A DNA stretch of 64,000 nucleotides from the human T2T-CHM13v2.0 reference genome, Homo sapiens, in assembly GCF_009914755.1 (NCBI RefSeq), contig NC_060929.1; one strand, given 5' to 3'. This document shows positions 15,590 through 27,320 of the stretch, piece after piece. The notes under the pieces were generated by a model. It did no database searches and was not told the origin of the DNA. It worked only from the letters and a program-made list of their open reading frames with translations. Position numbers and translations under genes: made by a program. Position 1 is the first letter of the stretch. Each line of letters opens with the position of its first letter.

Positions 15590-16050
15590 TAACCAAAGAG
15601 CAGAAGGAACACACCTGTTGTCAATAAAACTAGAATTATTTAACTTGCTGTGGCAAAGAACATACTTTAGGAAAATCTCACAAGTGTTTCAGTGAGGTAA
15701 TTTGGGATGGTCTTCTAACTGGGTTTGAGTTTGTATGGATGATTTTGAGGAAGGCTTAGGGAAGTGAAGGCTATTTTTTGAATCAGGGACATTCAGTGAT
15801 TGAAGGTCAATAATTTTTATCTAAAAGGTGAGAGAATTAAAAAATGCTGGAGTTATTGGTAAAACAAACAAACAAACAAACAAAAACTCCAGGAAACACT
15901 CAGAGAAAGATGATATGAATCAGAGAAAGGTAAATTTAGCATTTTGTGGTCAGACAGTGGCCTTGCCTATGTCTTTCTCTGAACATGGTAATGGAGTAGA
16001 CTGAGAATTTTCTATTTCCGATTATGAACATCACAATCTGGTTTCATTTT
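15590..16050. mobile_element. Possible old ERVL/ERV1-class LTR remnant
   Basis: General resemblance only (ATTATTTAACTTGCTGTGGCAAAG, GGATGATTTTGAGGAAGG); family not identified. Confidence 0.3.
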
Positions 16051-16587
16051 CCCAACAGGGATTTACTTTTCTTTCTTCCCTCACCTTCCATCCACATCTG
16101 AACTTATCCCCTCCTGTTTGAACAATTGGAGGAGCCATTTTACTTTCCTGTGCCTCTCTCGCTCTGCCCACTCTACTCTGTTCTTCACATCATTGCTGAG
16201 TCAAAAAACATGACTTTAAGCTTGTTACTCTTCTGCACAAAAGACTTCTTTGGGTTTCTATTGCTTATAGAAAAAGTCCACAGTCATTATTTTGATACTC
16301 AAGGAAGTACACACTCTATTTCCAATCACCCTTTTCAGAACTCCTTCTCAGGCCTCCCTTACTTTTTAGTCTAATTTGAATATAATATTTGCTTTCTAGT
16401 TTTTATGCCAGTGAATGCTTGATGTGCTGTTAATATATATATATATTTTATATTACATATATAATACATTATTATATAAAAAATACGGATTTTTTGGGGG
16501 GGTCTAGAACAGACTTGCTGAATGTGAACCTTCAAGTGGGAGTGTAGGTAACAGAGATTTTATTTTCATTTTGTTTCTCTCTCTCTC

Positions 16588-16912
16588 TTTATTTATTTAT
16601 TTATTTATTTATATTTTTTGAGATAGGGTCTCACTCTGTTGCCCAGGATAGAGTGCATTGGGGTGATCAGGGCTCACAGCTGCTTTGACCTCTCAGGTTC
16701 AAGTGATCCTCCCACCTCAGCCTCCTCAGTAGCTGGGACTACAGTCACATGCCACCATGCCTGGCTAATTTTTTATTTTTATTTTTATTTTTTGTTGAGA
16801 CAGGGTTTCCCTATGTTGTTCAGGCTGCTCTTGAACTCCTGTTCTCAAGCAGTACTCCTGCTTTGGCCTCGCAAATTGTTGGGAATAATAGGCATGAGCC
16901 ATTGAACCGGCT
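16588..16912 (-). mobile_element. Alu, AluJ-type
   Basis: (TTTA)n tail, GAGATAGGGTCTCACTCTGTTGCCCAGG, TCAAGTGATCCTCCCACCTCAGCCTCC; high divergence. Confidence 0.93.
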
Positions 16913-16994
16913 GCGATTTCATTTTCTTAAGGTGATTGTGCTGCAGATTGCTTATGCACCACATTTTGGAGTGCATTATTTTATGGCATTATTC

Positions 16995-17265
16995 ATGCTG
17001 TTCCCTCTCTCTGGAAGATGCTTCAATTACTTGAGTTGTCCACCCTTTAAGTCCAGTTGAGAAATCTGTCCCTAACTGCCTAAGCTTAGAGTCCCTCTGA
17101 ATCTGACCTGTTATAGTATTCATTACATGTATCATGTTACTCCTTTGCTATCTTACCCATTAGAGCTTCTAAGTGCTTTGAAGGCAAGAGCCTTGCCTGT
17201 ATTTCTTTCTAACTCTCATTGTCCAAGGGCAGTCTTTTATAAACAGTAGGTGTTCAGTAAATAAC
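16995..17265 (+). mobile_element. L2 3' fragment
   Basis: TGCTGTTCCCTCTCTCTGGAA...GCTTTGAAGGCAAGAGCCTTG...ACAGTAGGTGTTCAGTAAATA. Confidence 0.6.
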
Positions 17266-18389
17266 CACAAAAAATAGCAACATGGTTCACTGATACTCAT
17301 TAAATTTGAATATAAAAAATAATTTCAATCAGCGGAATGGATGTTCCCTAATACTGATCTCCACTGCAAATTAATAATTTCTATATAATGTTTAGTCAAT
17401 TATTAAGGTCCTAATTTTAATTTTAAAAATTGAGCCACATTGAGAATTTTAAAAAATCATTTTGTAGTAATTTTTTTTGAGACTTCTTATATTTGCGTTT
17501 TAATATACATGTTTTCAGACAGAGAGAGGGAGAGAGAGAAAGAGCTTACCTTTAATCTGTGTGCATTTTTATTATAAAAATTGAAACTCAGGAGATAAGG
17601 AACCTCATTTTATTGGAAAGGTATGCAAAATTTACAAACTTTTCACACAGCTTCTCCAAGAAATCTTATTATGTTTTGGGATTTCAGCCTGGTTGATTTA
17701 AAGAGTGGTGTTTCTAAAGATTCTTATCACACTCCTTACACTCTCAGTTCAATCTTAGCAACTTGGATATAGAAAAATGGTTTTCCTTTCCCCTGGAAGG
17801 AGTGGTCTCTAAACACAACTGACTTTGAGGCAATTATTTCCTTTTCCTTGAAGTGTAGATATAGTCTCTGCTACTACACAGAGTAAAGTGTAAAAATTTA
17901 ATCACCCACAAGCCTTCTTTCTTATTTCCATGCCTATGAATCTATATCACAAAAAATACCTTACAGAAAACACATAAAACTTTCACTGTGGTCATGAATT
18001 GCTCCAAACTGCTCCTCAGTCTGTGAATCTCAATGAGGCTGTAGAATTGGGTCTCTTGAAGGAGTACAAGCAGTTCAGTTGGTTACTCTTCAGTCTTGAG
18101 CGCCATCTGCACTGTTGGAGGCTTTGTGTTCACGACCTTATTCACAGGCATCACTTAGACTCTATTGTCTAAGGCATGGAGGGCTGACAGGGTGTGATGC
18201 AGCCATTTCCTGATTTGCACATTTAGACTGAGTGTTCAAAGCCACAGAGCATTGTCTTTGTTGATACACTCAGCCCTACATTCTGTTAGGTGTTTTTGCT
18301 GGTTTTGAGAAGAGAGTTCTTCAACATGCTCTTTTCTATCAGAGAGTAAATAGACTGCATGTTACCTGTGGCCACAAGGTGCAGAGACT

Positions 18390-18423
18390 GGGGTTAGAGT
18401 TCAGTGGTAGAGCATTTGACTGC
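18390..18423 (+). pseudogene. 5' half of tRNA-Cys(GCA), tailless retropseudogene
   Basis: GGGGTTAGAGTTCAGTGGTAGAGCATTTGACTGC vs recalled tRNA-Cys GGGGGTATAGCTCAGTGGTAGAGCATTTGACTGC (3 mismatches in 34); ends in the anticodon; flanked by GGTGCAGAGA at 18378-18387 and 18428-18437; no poly(A). Confidence 0.88.
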
Positions 18424-18954
18424 TTACGGTGCAGAGAGACAAGCAGTCCCCAGCACGTATGAAGTGCTGGAGCGTCCTCACTCTGCTGTCTCATGACTGT
18501 GTGCTCGCACAAGCCAGCACATCTAGTGGCACCTGGTTATTGCCCTAAGACCTCCTTTCCTCTCTTCATTGATTATCTGTAAAACATGTAATAGATGAAT
18601 GAAAAAATAAACACTTGGATATAAAAGATATGTTTGTTTCCATGATCAAATAGTTTGTGTATAATTCAATCAGTGACTTTTTGACCCCCCAATTAAACAA
18701 CATGTAGTACAAGAAAATAAAGGAACCCTTTCATGTTGAAGGTGAACTTGTGAAAAGAGAAGAAAAAGAGGAGGTATTGATAAAGCACAAAGACCATGAA
18801 GGGCATTAGTGTCCTTACTCAACCTTAACAGGGACTAAGGTCTGAGAAAAGTCAAACACAGATGTTCCATCCTATAAGGGACATTACAGATATCTAGTCT
18901 GATTCTCAACCCTGGTTGCATATTAAAATTGTGTAAGAAATGTGGGTATTAACT

Positions 18955-19975
18955 GGTTATTGAAATACAACAGGTACACACCATGAGTGTACGGCTCAAT
19001 CATTGTATTAGTCTGTTCTCACACTGCTAATAACAATATACCCAAGACTGGGTAATTTATAAAGGAAAGAGGTTTAATGGACTCACAGTTCCACATGGCT
19101 GGAGAGGCCTCACAGCCATGGTAGAAGGCAAAGGAGGAGCGAAGTCACATCTTGCATGCCGGCAGGCAAGAGAGAGCATATACAGGGGAGCTCCTCTTTA
19201 TAAAACCATCAGATCTCATGAGATTTATTCACTATCATGAGAATAGCACAGGAAAGACCTGGCTCCGTGATTCGGTTACCTTGTGGGTGCCTCCCACAAC
19301 ACATGGGAATTATGGGAGCTACAATTCAGGATGAGATTTGGGTGGGGACACAGCCAAACCATATCAATTATTAAAAACCACAATTTCTTTTGCACCAACT
19401 TAATAATTTTCACGAGGTAAATATGCCCCTGTAACTACCATCAGATTGAGAAATAGAACATTTCTAGCCACAGAAGCCCCCATATTTTTCCTCGTCATTA
19501 TCTTCCCCACAGAAGTAACTGTTGTCCTGACTAAATACTATAAATTATTTTTGCTTATTTTTGAAATTTATATACATGGAATAATAGAGTATTATGTTCT
19601 TCTGTGTCAGGCCTTTTTCCTTTTCTGCCCAAAACAATGTTTGTGAAATTCTGCAAATATCAATAGTTCATTCCTGGAAAACATTCTCATTGTTGTCCAC
19701 TACCTAATTTATGAATATGCCACCATTTATTTACCTATTCTACTGTTAATGGACATGTGTTGACTGCAGTTTGGGACTACTGCAAACAGGGCTGCCATCA
19801 ATATTACTTTATAAATATTTTGGTGAATATATGTAAATATTTTGTGGGGCGTATACTCAGGAATAGAATCATTGGACCATGATATATGTGTATGTTCAGT
19901 TTGGTGTGCACGGCTACTTATTTTCCAAAGCGATCATACCAATCTACACTCAAATTCTAATTGCTACATATTCTT
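18955..19975 (-). mobile_element. Old L1M 3' fragment interrupted by a THE1 LTR
   Basis: GAAATTTATATACATGGAATAATAGAGTA...CTATTCTACTGTTAATGGACAT...CAGTTTGGGACTACTGCAAACAGGGCTGC...ATACTCAGGAATAGAATCATTGGACCAT. Confidence 0.75.
19004..19366 (-). mobile_element. THE1 (THE1B/C-like) MaLR solo LTR
   Basis: TGTATTAGTCTGTTCTCACACTGCT...GAGATTTGGGTGGGGACACAGCCAAACCATATCA; 5-bp TSD ATCAT/ATTAT. Confidence 0.95.
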
Positions 19976-20063
19976 ACCTACCTAGAAACTTTAAAAAATA
20001 CCCAAACTCAAGCTCCATTCAGGCTCTACCCCAGAACAATTAAATAATAATTTTTGGGGGAAG

Positions 20064-21505
20064 TGTGTCCGGAATTGGTCGGTTCTTGGTCTCACTGACT
20101 TCAAGAATGAAGCCACGGACCCTCGTGGTGAGTGCTACAGTTCTTAAAGGCAGCGTGTCTGGAGTTTGTTTCTTCTGATGTTCCAATGTGTTCGGAGTTT
20201 CTTCCTTCTGGTGGGGTCGTGGTCTCGCTGGCTCAGGAGTGAAGCTGCGGACCTTCGCGGTGAGTGTTACAGCTCTTAAGGCAGCGCGTCTGGAGTTGTT
20301 CATTCCTCCCGGTGGGTTCGTGGTCTCGTTGGCTTCATGAGTGAAGCTGCAGAGCTTCGCCGTGAGTGTTGCAGCTCATAAAGGCAGTGTGGACCCAAAG
20401 AGTGAGCAGCAGCAAGATTGATTGCGAAGAGCAAAAGAACAAAGCTTCCACACTGTGGAAGAGGACCCCAGCGGGTTGCCACTGCTGGCTCCAGCAGCCT
20501 GCACTTATTCTCTTATCTGGCCCCACCTACATCCTGCTGATTGGTCCATTTTACAGAGAGCCCGGTGGTCTGTTTTGACAGGGCGCTGATTGGTGCTTAC
20601 AATCCCTGAGCTAGACACAAAGGTTCTCCACATCCCCACTAGATTAGCTAGATACAGAGTGTGGACACAAAGGTTCTCCAAGTCCCCACCACAGTAGCTA
20701 GATACAGAGTGTCGATTGGTGCATTCACAAACCCTGAGCTAGACACAGGATGCTGATTGGTGTGTTTACAAACCTTGAGCTAGATACAGAGTGCTGACTG
20801 GTGTATTTACAATCCCCTAGCTAGAGATAAAGGTTCTCCACGTCCCCACCAGACTCAGGAGCCCAGCTGGCTTCACCCAGTGGATCCTGCACCAGGGCCG
20901 CAGGTGGAGCTGCCTGCCAGTTCCGCGCCTTGCGCCTGCACTCCTCAGCCCTTGGGTGGTCGATGGGACTGGGCGCCATGGAGCACAGGGTGGTGCTTGT
21001 TGGGGAGGCTCCGGCCGCACAGGAGCCCACGGGGTGGGGAGTGTGGGGCTCAGGCATGGCGGGCTGCAGGTCCCAAGCCCTGCCCCCGCGGTGAGGCAGC
21101 TAAGGCCTGGGGAGAAATCCAGCGCAGTGCCGGTGGGCCGGCACTGCCGGGGGACCTGGCACACCCTCCACAGCTGCTGGCCTGGGTGCTAAGCCCCTCA
21201 GTGCCCAGGGCGGCGGGGCCAGCCGGCTGCTCCGAGTGTGGGGCCACCAAGCCCACATCCACCCGGAACTCCTGCTGGCCCACAAGCGCCGTGTGCAGCC
21301 CCGGTTCCCACCCATGCCTCTCCCTCCACCCCTCCCCGCAGGCTGAGGGAGCTGGCCCCAGCCTTGGTCATCCCAGGAAGGGGCTCCCACAGTTCAGCAG
21401 GGAGCTGAAGGGCTCCTCAAGGGCGGCCAGAGTGGGCGCCAAGGCCGAGGAGGCGCCGAGAGCGAGCGAGGGCTGTGAGGGCTGTCGGGACGCTGTCACC
21501 TCTCA
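20064..21505 (-). mobile_element. LTR12 (LTR12C-like, ERV9) solo LTR, copy 1
   Basis: TGTGTCCGGAATTGG...GCTGTCACCTCTCA termini; GAGCTAGATACAGAGT/GATTGG tandem units; GC/CpG-rich U3; perfect 4-bp TSD GAAG (20060-20063, 21506-21509). Confidence 0.97.
20500..20850 (-). promoter_or_regulatory. LTR12 promoter/enhancer repeats (CCAAT/NF-Y and GATA motifs), copy 1
   Basis: Four ATTGG (CCAAT on minus strand) near 20540, 20589, 20716 and 20756, plus AGATA motifs; activity not shown by sequence. Confidence 0.55.
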
Positions 21506-21850
21506 GAAGGACCAAGAACTGACATTTAAAAAAACTCCCTACATGGTACTAATGTGCATCGGGGAAGAGAACTGAAAATTGTAATTATTCAGGTGAAGTA
21601 ACTGGGGTATGAAGAGATGAAATGCTTTGCCCAAGCCAACCCAACAGTGAAAGGACCAAGGCTAGATGCCAAGTCTGACTCCTGCCCCATGGTTTTTCTT
21701 CCTAGCTGGTCTGATTTGTATGTACTTCCTTAGTATGCCATGCTCATATAGTGAAAATGAACTTTGGCTTCACCTATACTTTTAGAGCACTTTTTTTTTG
21801 TTTACAAAGCAGTTTTTTTTAGGCTTTGAAGGGTAGGTAGAGCAGGTATG

Positions 21851-22027
21851 CAGGACTGGCTACATCATTTGTGAGATCTAGTGCAAAATGAAAATGCAAG
21901 ATTCCTTGTTCAAATATGATTAAGAATTTCAAGACCATAACAGCAGACATTAAACCAAGCATGGAGCTCTTCTAAGAGTGGGGTCATGTCTGATTGCACA
22001 GGTAGCACGTTCGTAAAACTGTCCCCA
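21851..22027 (-). mobile_element. MER45A hAT-Tip100 element, inserted in a MIR
   Basis: CAGGACTGGCTACATCATTTG...GTGCAAAATGAAAATGC...CCTTGTTCAAA...TTAAGAATTTCAAGAC...CATTAAACCAAGC matches reverse complement of recalled MER45A; MIR text resumes at TTACAGATGAAGAAGT. Confidence 0.85.
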
Positions 22028-23133
22028 TAGGTGTTATTACAGTATTTGAAAGTTACAGATGAAGAAGTAAGGTTTGGTGACTTGGTAAGTGGTTCAGTTC
22101 AGAGTTGAGACTGGTCCGATAATAACTGCTTTGGCTTTCTGGCATAAATGATGGATATGTTTCTCTTTTCTAGGATTTAAAAAAAAAGAAAAAAAAATGA
22201 TGTAGATTAATTGCAAAATGCATACAGAGGGAGAAATTTTGAAATAAAAAGGAAGGAGGGATCATTTGGCAAAAGGAGTAAAGAACACATTTTGGGAAAG
22301 TGAGATACAACTAACTGCTGTTAAAACTGACACGGGCTCCTTGCCTACTCACTCTTTCTGGACATTTATGTTCTTTTCTCCTGAGACATTTGGCTGATAA
22401 ACTCCATCCAGATGTTTGGACCCTCCCAGTAGATACCTTCGTAAGCCTAGTGTTGGGAACGGTCAAAAAAACAGATGGAAAAATATACTTCCTGGAGTCA
22501 AAATATTTAATAAAACATGGAAACATAATGAAACTCTCAAATAGGCATGAAGTTGGAAACAGAACTGTAAGAAGTAACTCTCAATTGTACGTGTGTGTGA
22601 CAAAGTAAGAATAATAAAAATCTACCCTAAATATCTCCAATTAATTTGTTTCTCCCCATGCTATCCCCACAATATTCTTACAAGCCTATGACAAACTTCA
22701 TAAACTAGAGATAGTTTGTAATCAAGGAGCTACATTATCAGATATCTATTTCCATGAGGGGAGGTAATTTCTGATCAATTCTGGTACTTTTGAAGTTTCT
22801 TTTTGCCTCTTTTTAGTTGTTTGGGGATATTTGTGAATGGCAAATAGTAATATGTAACTAACACTTCTTTCCTTAACTTGGTCTTTTTTTCTTACGAGTG
22901 GCTTCAGTTGAATTAGTTTGTCTTCTGAAGATGTGCAAAGGCATTTCTGACTTTGGCCTCTCTCGTACACCAGACCCTTGTAGCTCTTCCATCCCACGAG
23001 AGTGAAGACTCTGGACACAGAACTTAGAACTTGAGCCCAAGCCACCAGATACTTGAGTTAAGGGGTCTGGTGGGCCTTTAAAACAATCACGTACCCTTCT
23101 TTGCTTTCATTTTCTTTGTCTATAAAGTGGGGA

Positions 23134-23524
23134 TGTTATGGACTATGTCCTCTCTACCATCCCAAATTCCTATGTTGAAGACCTAATCCCTAGTACCTCA
23201 CAATGTTGCTGTTTTTGGGGATAGGGGCTTTAAAAATATAATTAAGATTAAGTGGGGTTGTTAAGGTGGGACCTACTCCAATATGACTGGTTTCCTTATA
23301 TGAAGAGGAGATTAGGACACACATAGTCACAGAGGGAAGACCATGTGAAGACAGAGGAAAAAGACATAAATCTATACACCCAGGAGAAAAACCTCAGAAA
23401 AAAGATTAACCCTATTGACACCTTGATCTTGGACTTTCAGCCTTTACAACTGTGAGGAAATACATTTCTGTTGTTTAAGCCACCCAATCTTTGGTACTTT
23501 GTTATTGCAGCCAGAGCTGAGACA
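23134..23524 (+). mobile_element. MaLR solo LTR (MLT1B-like), inserted in a MIR
   Basis: TGTTATGGACT...AAATTCCTATGTTGAAGACCTAATCCC...ACACCTTGATCTTGGACTTTCAGCCT...TTTCTGTTGTTTAAGCCACCCAATCT...GAGACA. Confidence 0.9.
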
Positions 23525-24119
23525 GAGGGTGATCTAATAACACTCACTTCCAAGATCGTTTCGTGGAATAAATGAAATCAGCATGTTGATTAACTGTCAA
23601 GTGTTGAGTAGGCGTTACTTACTGCTATAAACCACTAACTTTTGCTTTTCTTTGTTGTGCACATGGTTTACCTGTCCCTTTATTTTCTTCCTTTTCCCAC
23701 TCTCCATTTCTGCCTTTAACATACAGCATGTCTCCTTAAGAAAACATAATTTAATTCAAAAAGTGAAAGAGCCACACCACTAAGTGTTTCTCCCTCCGTG
23801 TTTATTTGTTTATATTTTAAATCTAAACAAGAAGCCTCATGTGTCCTTTTCTTTGTTGAGAGGTCAAATCCCAAATACACACCCAGATGTAAATGTGCTC
23901 CCGCGGTCTAGTGTCTCACCTCTGAGTCGCATCTGTTTTTCCACACTCCCCACTCTCGCCATTCATACTAAACAGAAACAGGAGAAGGAGGACAGATGAA
24001 TAATTCCAGGGGTAATCCCCCAGCAGCCATTTTCTCTTTTGCTGAAGGACTATTTTTCTTGTTATCTAACTATAAATGCCCACATTTTATCCAATTAACT
24101 GTGCTAATATTACCCTGAG

Positions 24120-24340
24120 AATAGTTAGTATTTATAGAGCAGATCCCCCTAGAAGCTCAAAGTTCTATATAAATATTGTCTCATTAGAAACTCATATATC
24201 CCCACAAATTAGGTTGGTGGATACTGTGATTCCTCTGATGTGCAGATGGAGAAACGGAGGGTGGGTGACTTTTACAAATTCAGAGATGCTGGGAGGGAAA
24301 TATGGAAAAGCAGCACCTTCTCAGATTTAGCGATAAAGCC
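24120..24340 (-). mobile_element. MIR (diverged)
   Basis: TAGTATTTATAGAGC...TTGTCTCATTAGAAACTCAT...GCAGATGGAGAAACGGAGG...GTGACTT. Confidence 0.55.
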
Positions 24341-24696
24341 TCAGGCCAGCTCCCCAGATTTTCACAGGCTGAAAGGCATTCAGTACAAAGCCATCTGACT
24401 GTGTTTTGATGAGGACTTAGAACATTATAAACATCATTATCCTTGCTTTTCCCTGGAGACTAGGGCACAGAGTTTTAACTGATGAGGGCTGAAAAGTACC
24501 TGTAAAGTCTTGAAAGTAGGATTTAGATGTTTTGTTTTTTTCCTGGTAGCTAGCTGTTGATTACTACTGGTTTCTTCAGCTCACTTTTGATATTCTCACT
24601 TCTGAATCAATCTCATCAGTAATCCCTATAGCAGTACCCTACAACAGCAAGGTCCCATCCTATAAGAGTAAGTCTGCCCACAATCTTTCAATATGC

Positions 24697-24718
24697 TTTT
24701 TTTTTTTTTTTTTTTTTT
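24697..24718. repeat. Poly-T tract
   Basis: Run of about 22 T. Confidence 0.9.
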
Positions 24719-27229
24719 AGTCTAGTCAGCAAACTCCTAATTCAAGAGTGTACTCCCATATCTATCTTTCATTCTTTTAGTGCCTTTGTCTTCCTTTGTC
24801 TTTATTTTCTCCTCTGAAAGTCCTGCTTGGGTTAGTTACATGGCTGCAAAAGCTAATAAATAGGCTTATCAAATGACAGATAATTGCTAATAAAAATCAC
24901 CTAATAAAATATACATTATTAATAACATAGAATGCCAGTGTGACTGTGCCACAAAGCAGTGAAAAATAGAGACCAAGTATAAAGGGGCTGTCAAGGTTAA
25001 GATTGCTTCTGCCTCAGCACCTAATTGGTTAATGGAAGCAGCAGAGGAGAGTATGCAAAAGCATCCAAGGCTGAAGATAAGCCAGAGGGGAACTGAGACA
25101 CTGCAGATGGATTTCCTGCTTATGGGTCAGGGCTGAATTGAAATTGTGACTGCAGGACTGACAGATTTTTATTATAATAGTCATCTCCTTCTAAAATCTG
25201 GTGAGCAGCTTCCCTGCCGACTCAATAATGCCTATTGCTGAACATCTGCAGTTACACAAAGGACTATTACTGTTGGCTGAAAGCTTTCTTATAGAGGATA
25301 CTTCTTTAGAAAAGGAAGTAGCAGTCTTTACCTGCAGTTGGGTGGGGATACACTACAGATATTTAATTCAGCATTTTCATAGCACAGCATATTCATGTGT
25401 AACTTGCTTAATTATTTCTTGAATGGCTTTGAGATTTGTATTTCTGAGGTCTTTGTTCTGTAGAACATTCGAACACTTCTCTCTCTGTCTTTCTTATACA
25501 TGAAGTCATTCTTTTGTCCTATTATCAACTCAAGATTGTAAAAGTGTCATTTCCTTTCAGAAAGTTCTTTTTTACAATCAAGATTATTAACTTCATATAT
25601 TAATGCTTTTTAAAAAGGATAAAAGTTTTATTTTCTAACAAGTAATACTGCACTTTTTCAAGAGATGTGCTATAAAGAAACTTGTTAGGGAAAGATTGCA
25701 AAGAATACACACATTTAAATTGAGCAAATGCTAGCCTTTCACATAATGAGAGAGAGATCCCACCTGCAACTAGCTTTTAAAAGACATAGTGCAGAAACTA
25801 CACCATTATGATTCCAAGAAAATTTTCATAGGAAAAATAAATATCCATAAATCTCAAAATTTATTTCATAGATTTCATGCTAAAAGCACAATTATAGGTA
25901 TCTCTAGAGGCTAAAATATTTTAAAGGCTACAAATCCCTAGTTATTCTGTTCTCTGGTGCTTGTTTAATTTTTTCAAAGACATTATCTCCTGTCAGGTAA
26001 TGAGATCTCTCCTCCTAGTTAATCTTTTTTCTCTTTCCATGGAATAAATTGGTATTTTTGCATGGTTGGCAGGAATAGGGCAGTGGCAGGTTTGAGAAAA
26101 ATCCAGATAAGAAATCTGATGCCACCAGTGTTACGTGCCTCTTGGTAGATCAACCAAAATAGCCAAGCAGATGAGGCCCTTTGATTGGCCTACCTGGGTG
26201 GCATGCCCACCACAGGTTCCAGAGGAACCGGTCCATCTAGTTGGGTTCTGCTGGCAAACCTGTCAGGAGAGAGGGGTCAGAAATTTGGGGCTTGGGGGTG
26301 TGAAGGATGTTCAGTGATCATTTGTGACTCTCATGGGTGTTCTGGCCTTCTCAAATGTCAGTGTTCCTATGACCTAACAGCTCATCCTTTTAGGGCCCTT
26401 ACTATATGCTAAGCGTTGTTCTAAGTACTTCATGTATGTGTTCTCTTTAAATCTAATGATAAGAATGGGTTCTCATTTTTCACTCTCACTATATATACAC
26501 ACACACATAAACACATCTGCATAGGTGTTATGCATATATGTTGTGTCTCTGTGTGTGTTAGCTACTGATTTTTTTTAATCAGTGAGATTTACATCCCATC
26601 TTCTTTGGCAGCCCTTTTCTGTGAAACCACACAGTGCTTGCTCTTGAAATGTCATGACATGTTAGGGACTCACCAGGCCATGTCTGTTTACAGTCATGTT
26701 ACGTTTTGTGCTTGTCACATTACTGCATCTTAAACTATTTGAAGGTGGAGATAATTTCTTACACATTTTGTTGTGTCACATGGTTCACACAGCCTGGCAC
26801 AGAGCACAGGCTCATCTCTTTGCTGAGGAATTAGAACCCGACTGCAGCTTTGAACAGAGTGGGATTGTGGTTGGCAGAGTTCAATGGATTTATTTATCTT
26901 CAAGATCATATTTTATATTTTGCTCTGTCAAATCAGGATATCTTCTCAAGGTGAAAATTCCAATAACAACTGAATATATAAATATGGCTAGAAACTGGAA
27001 AATGAGATGTTGTAGATAATTAGACATTTATTCAGGGAGAAAATGGCTGCACTGATTTTTCCCCTGGTAATTGGCTTTACTTTTCTTTATAATTAAAAAC
27101 TAACATATTGCTTTTGTAAAAATATGACCTATTTCCTTTACTTGTAACTTTAAAAAGTGAATTCTACCAATTTGAGTGTAATCATTACTGACTCATAAAT
27201 CACTTGAGAAAAACAGACTTTGAACATTT

Positions 27230-27320
27230 CCTGTTTTGCAAATGAGGAAACTGAAACCCAGGCATGTTAAGTGGTTGGGCCAAAGTCACACATTACATTA
27301 CTAGCAGAGACACTTTGACT
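27230..27320 (-). mobile_element. MIR fragment
   Basis: CTGTTTTGCAAATGAGGAAACTGAAACCCAGG...GTTAAGTGGTTGGGCCAAAGTCACACA. Confidence 0.7.

Larger units (their letters stand above)
19985..21575. mobile_element. MER5A-like element split by LTR12 (pieces ~19985-20063 and ~21506-21575; probable first piece ~18895-18940)
   Basis: CAGGCTCTACCCCAGAACAATTAAATAATAATTTTTGGGGG [LTR12] ...ATTTAAAAAAACTCCCTACATGGTACTAATGTGCA; TTCTCAACCCTGGTTGCATATTAAAAT at ~18903. Confidence 0.6.

Noticed and set aside
11524-16912. Inverted Alu pairs as dsRNA or editing substrates (also 1156-7067)
   Set aside because: About 5 kb apart, from different subfamilies, and common genome-wide; nothing specific here
18390-18423. 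Functional tRNA genes here or at 51446-51482
   Set aside because: Only 5' halves are present; no T arm/B box, no 3' acceptor strand and no Pol III terminator
20560-20850. CRISPR-like repeats (GAGCTAGATACAGAGT units), also 58700-58960
   Set aside because: These are the known LTR12 enhancer/promoter tandem units, with no unique spacers or cas genes, in primate DNA
20880-21500. CpG island marking a host gene promoter (also 59000-59600)
   Set aside because: CpG richness is confined to the LTR12 bodies
20817-21575. Long overlapping ORFs up to 231 aa here and at 58912-59626
   Set aside because: They lie inside GC-rich LTR12 U3, where stops are rare; ORFs occur on both strands and differ between the copies
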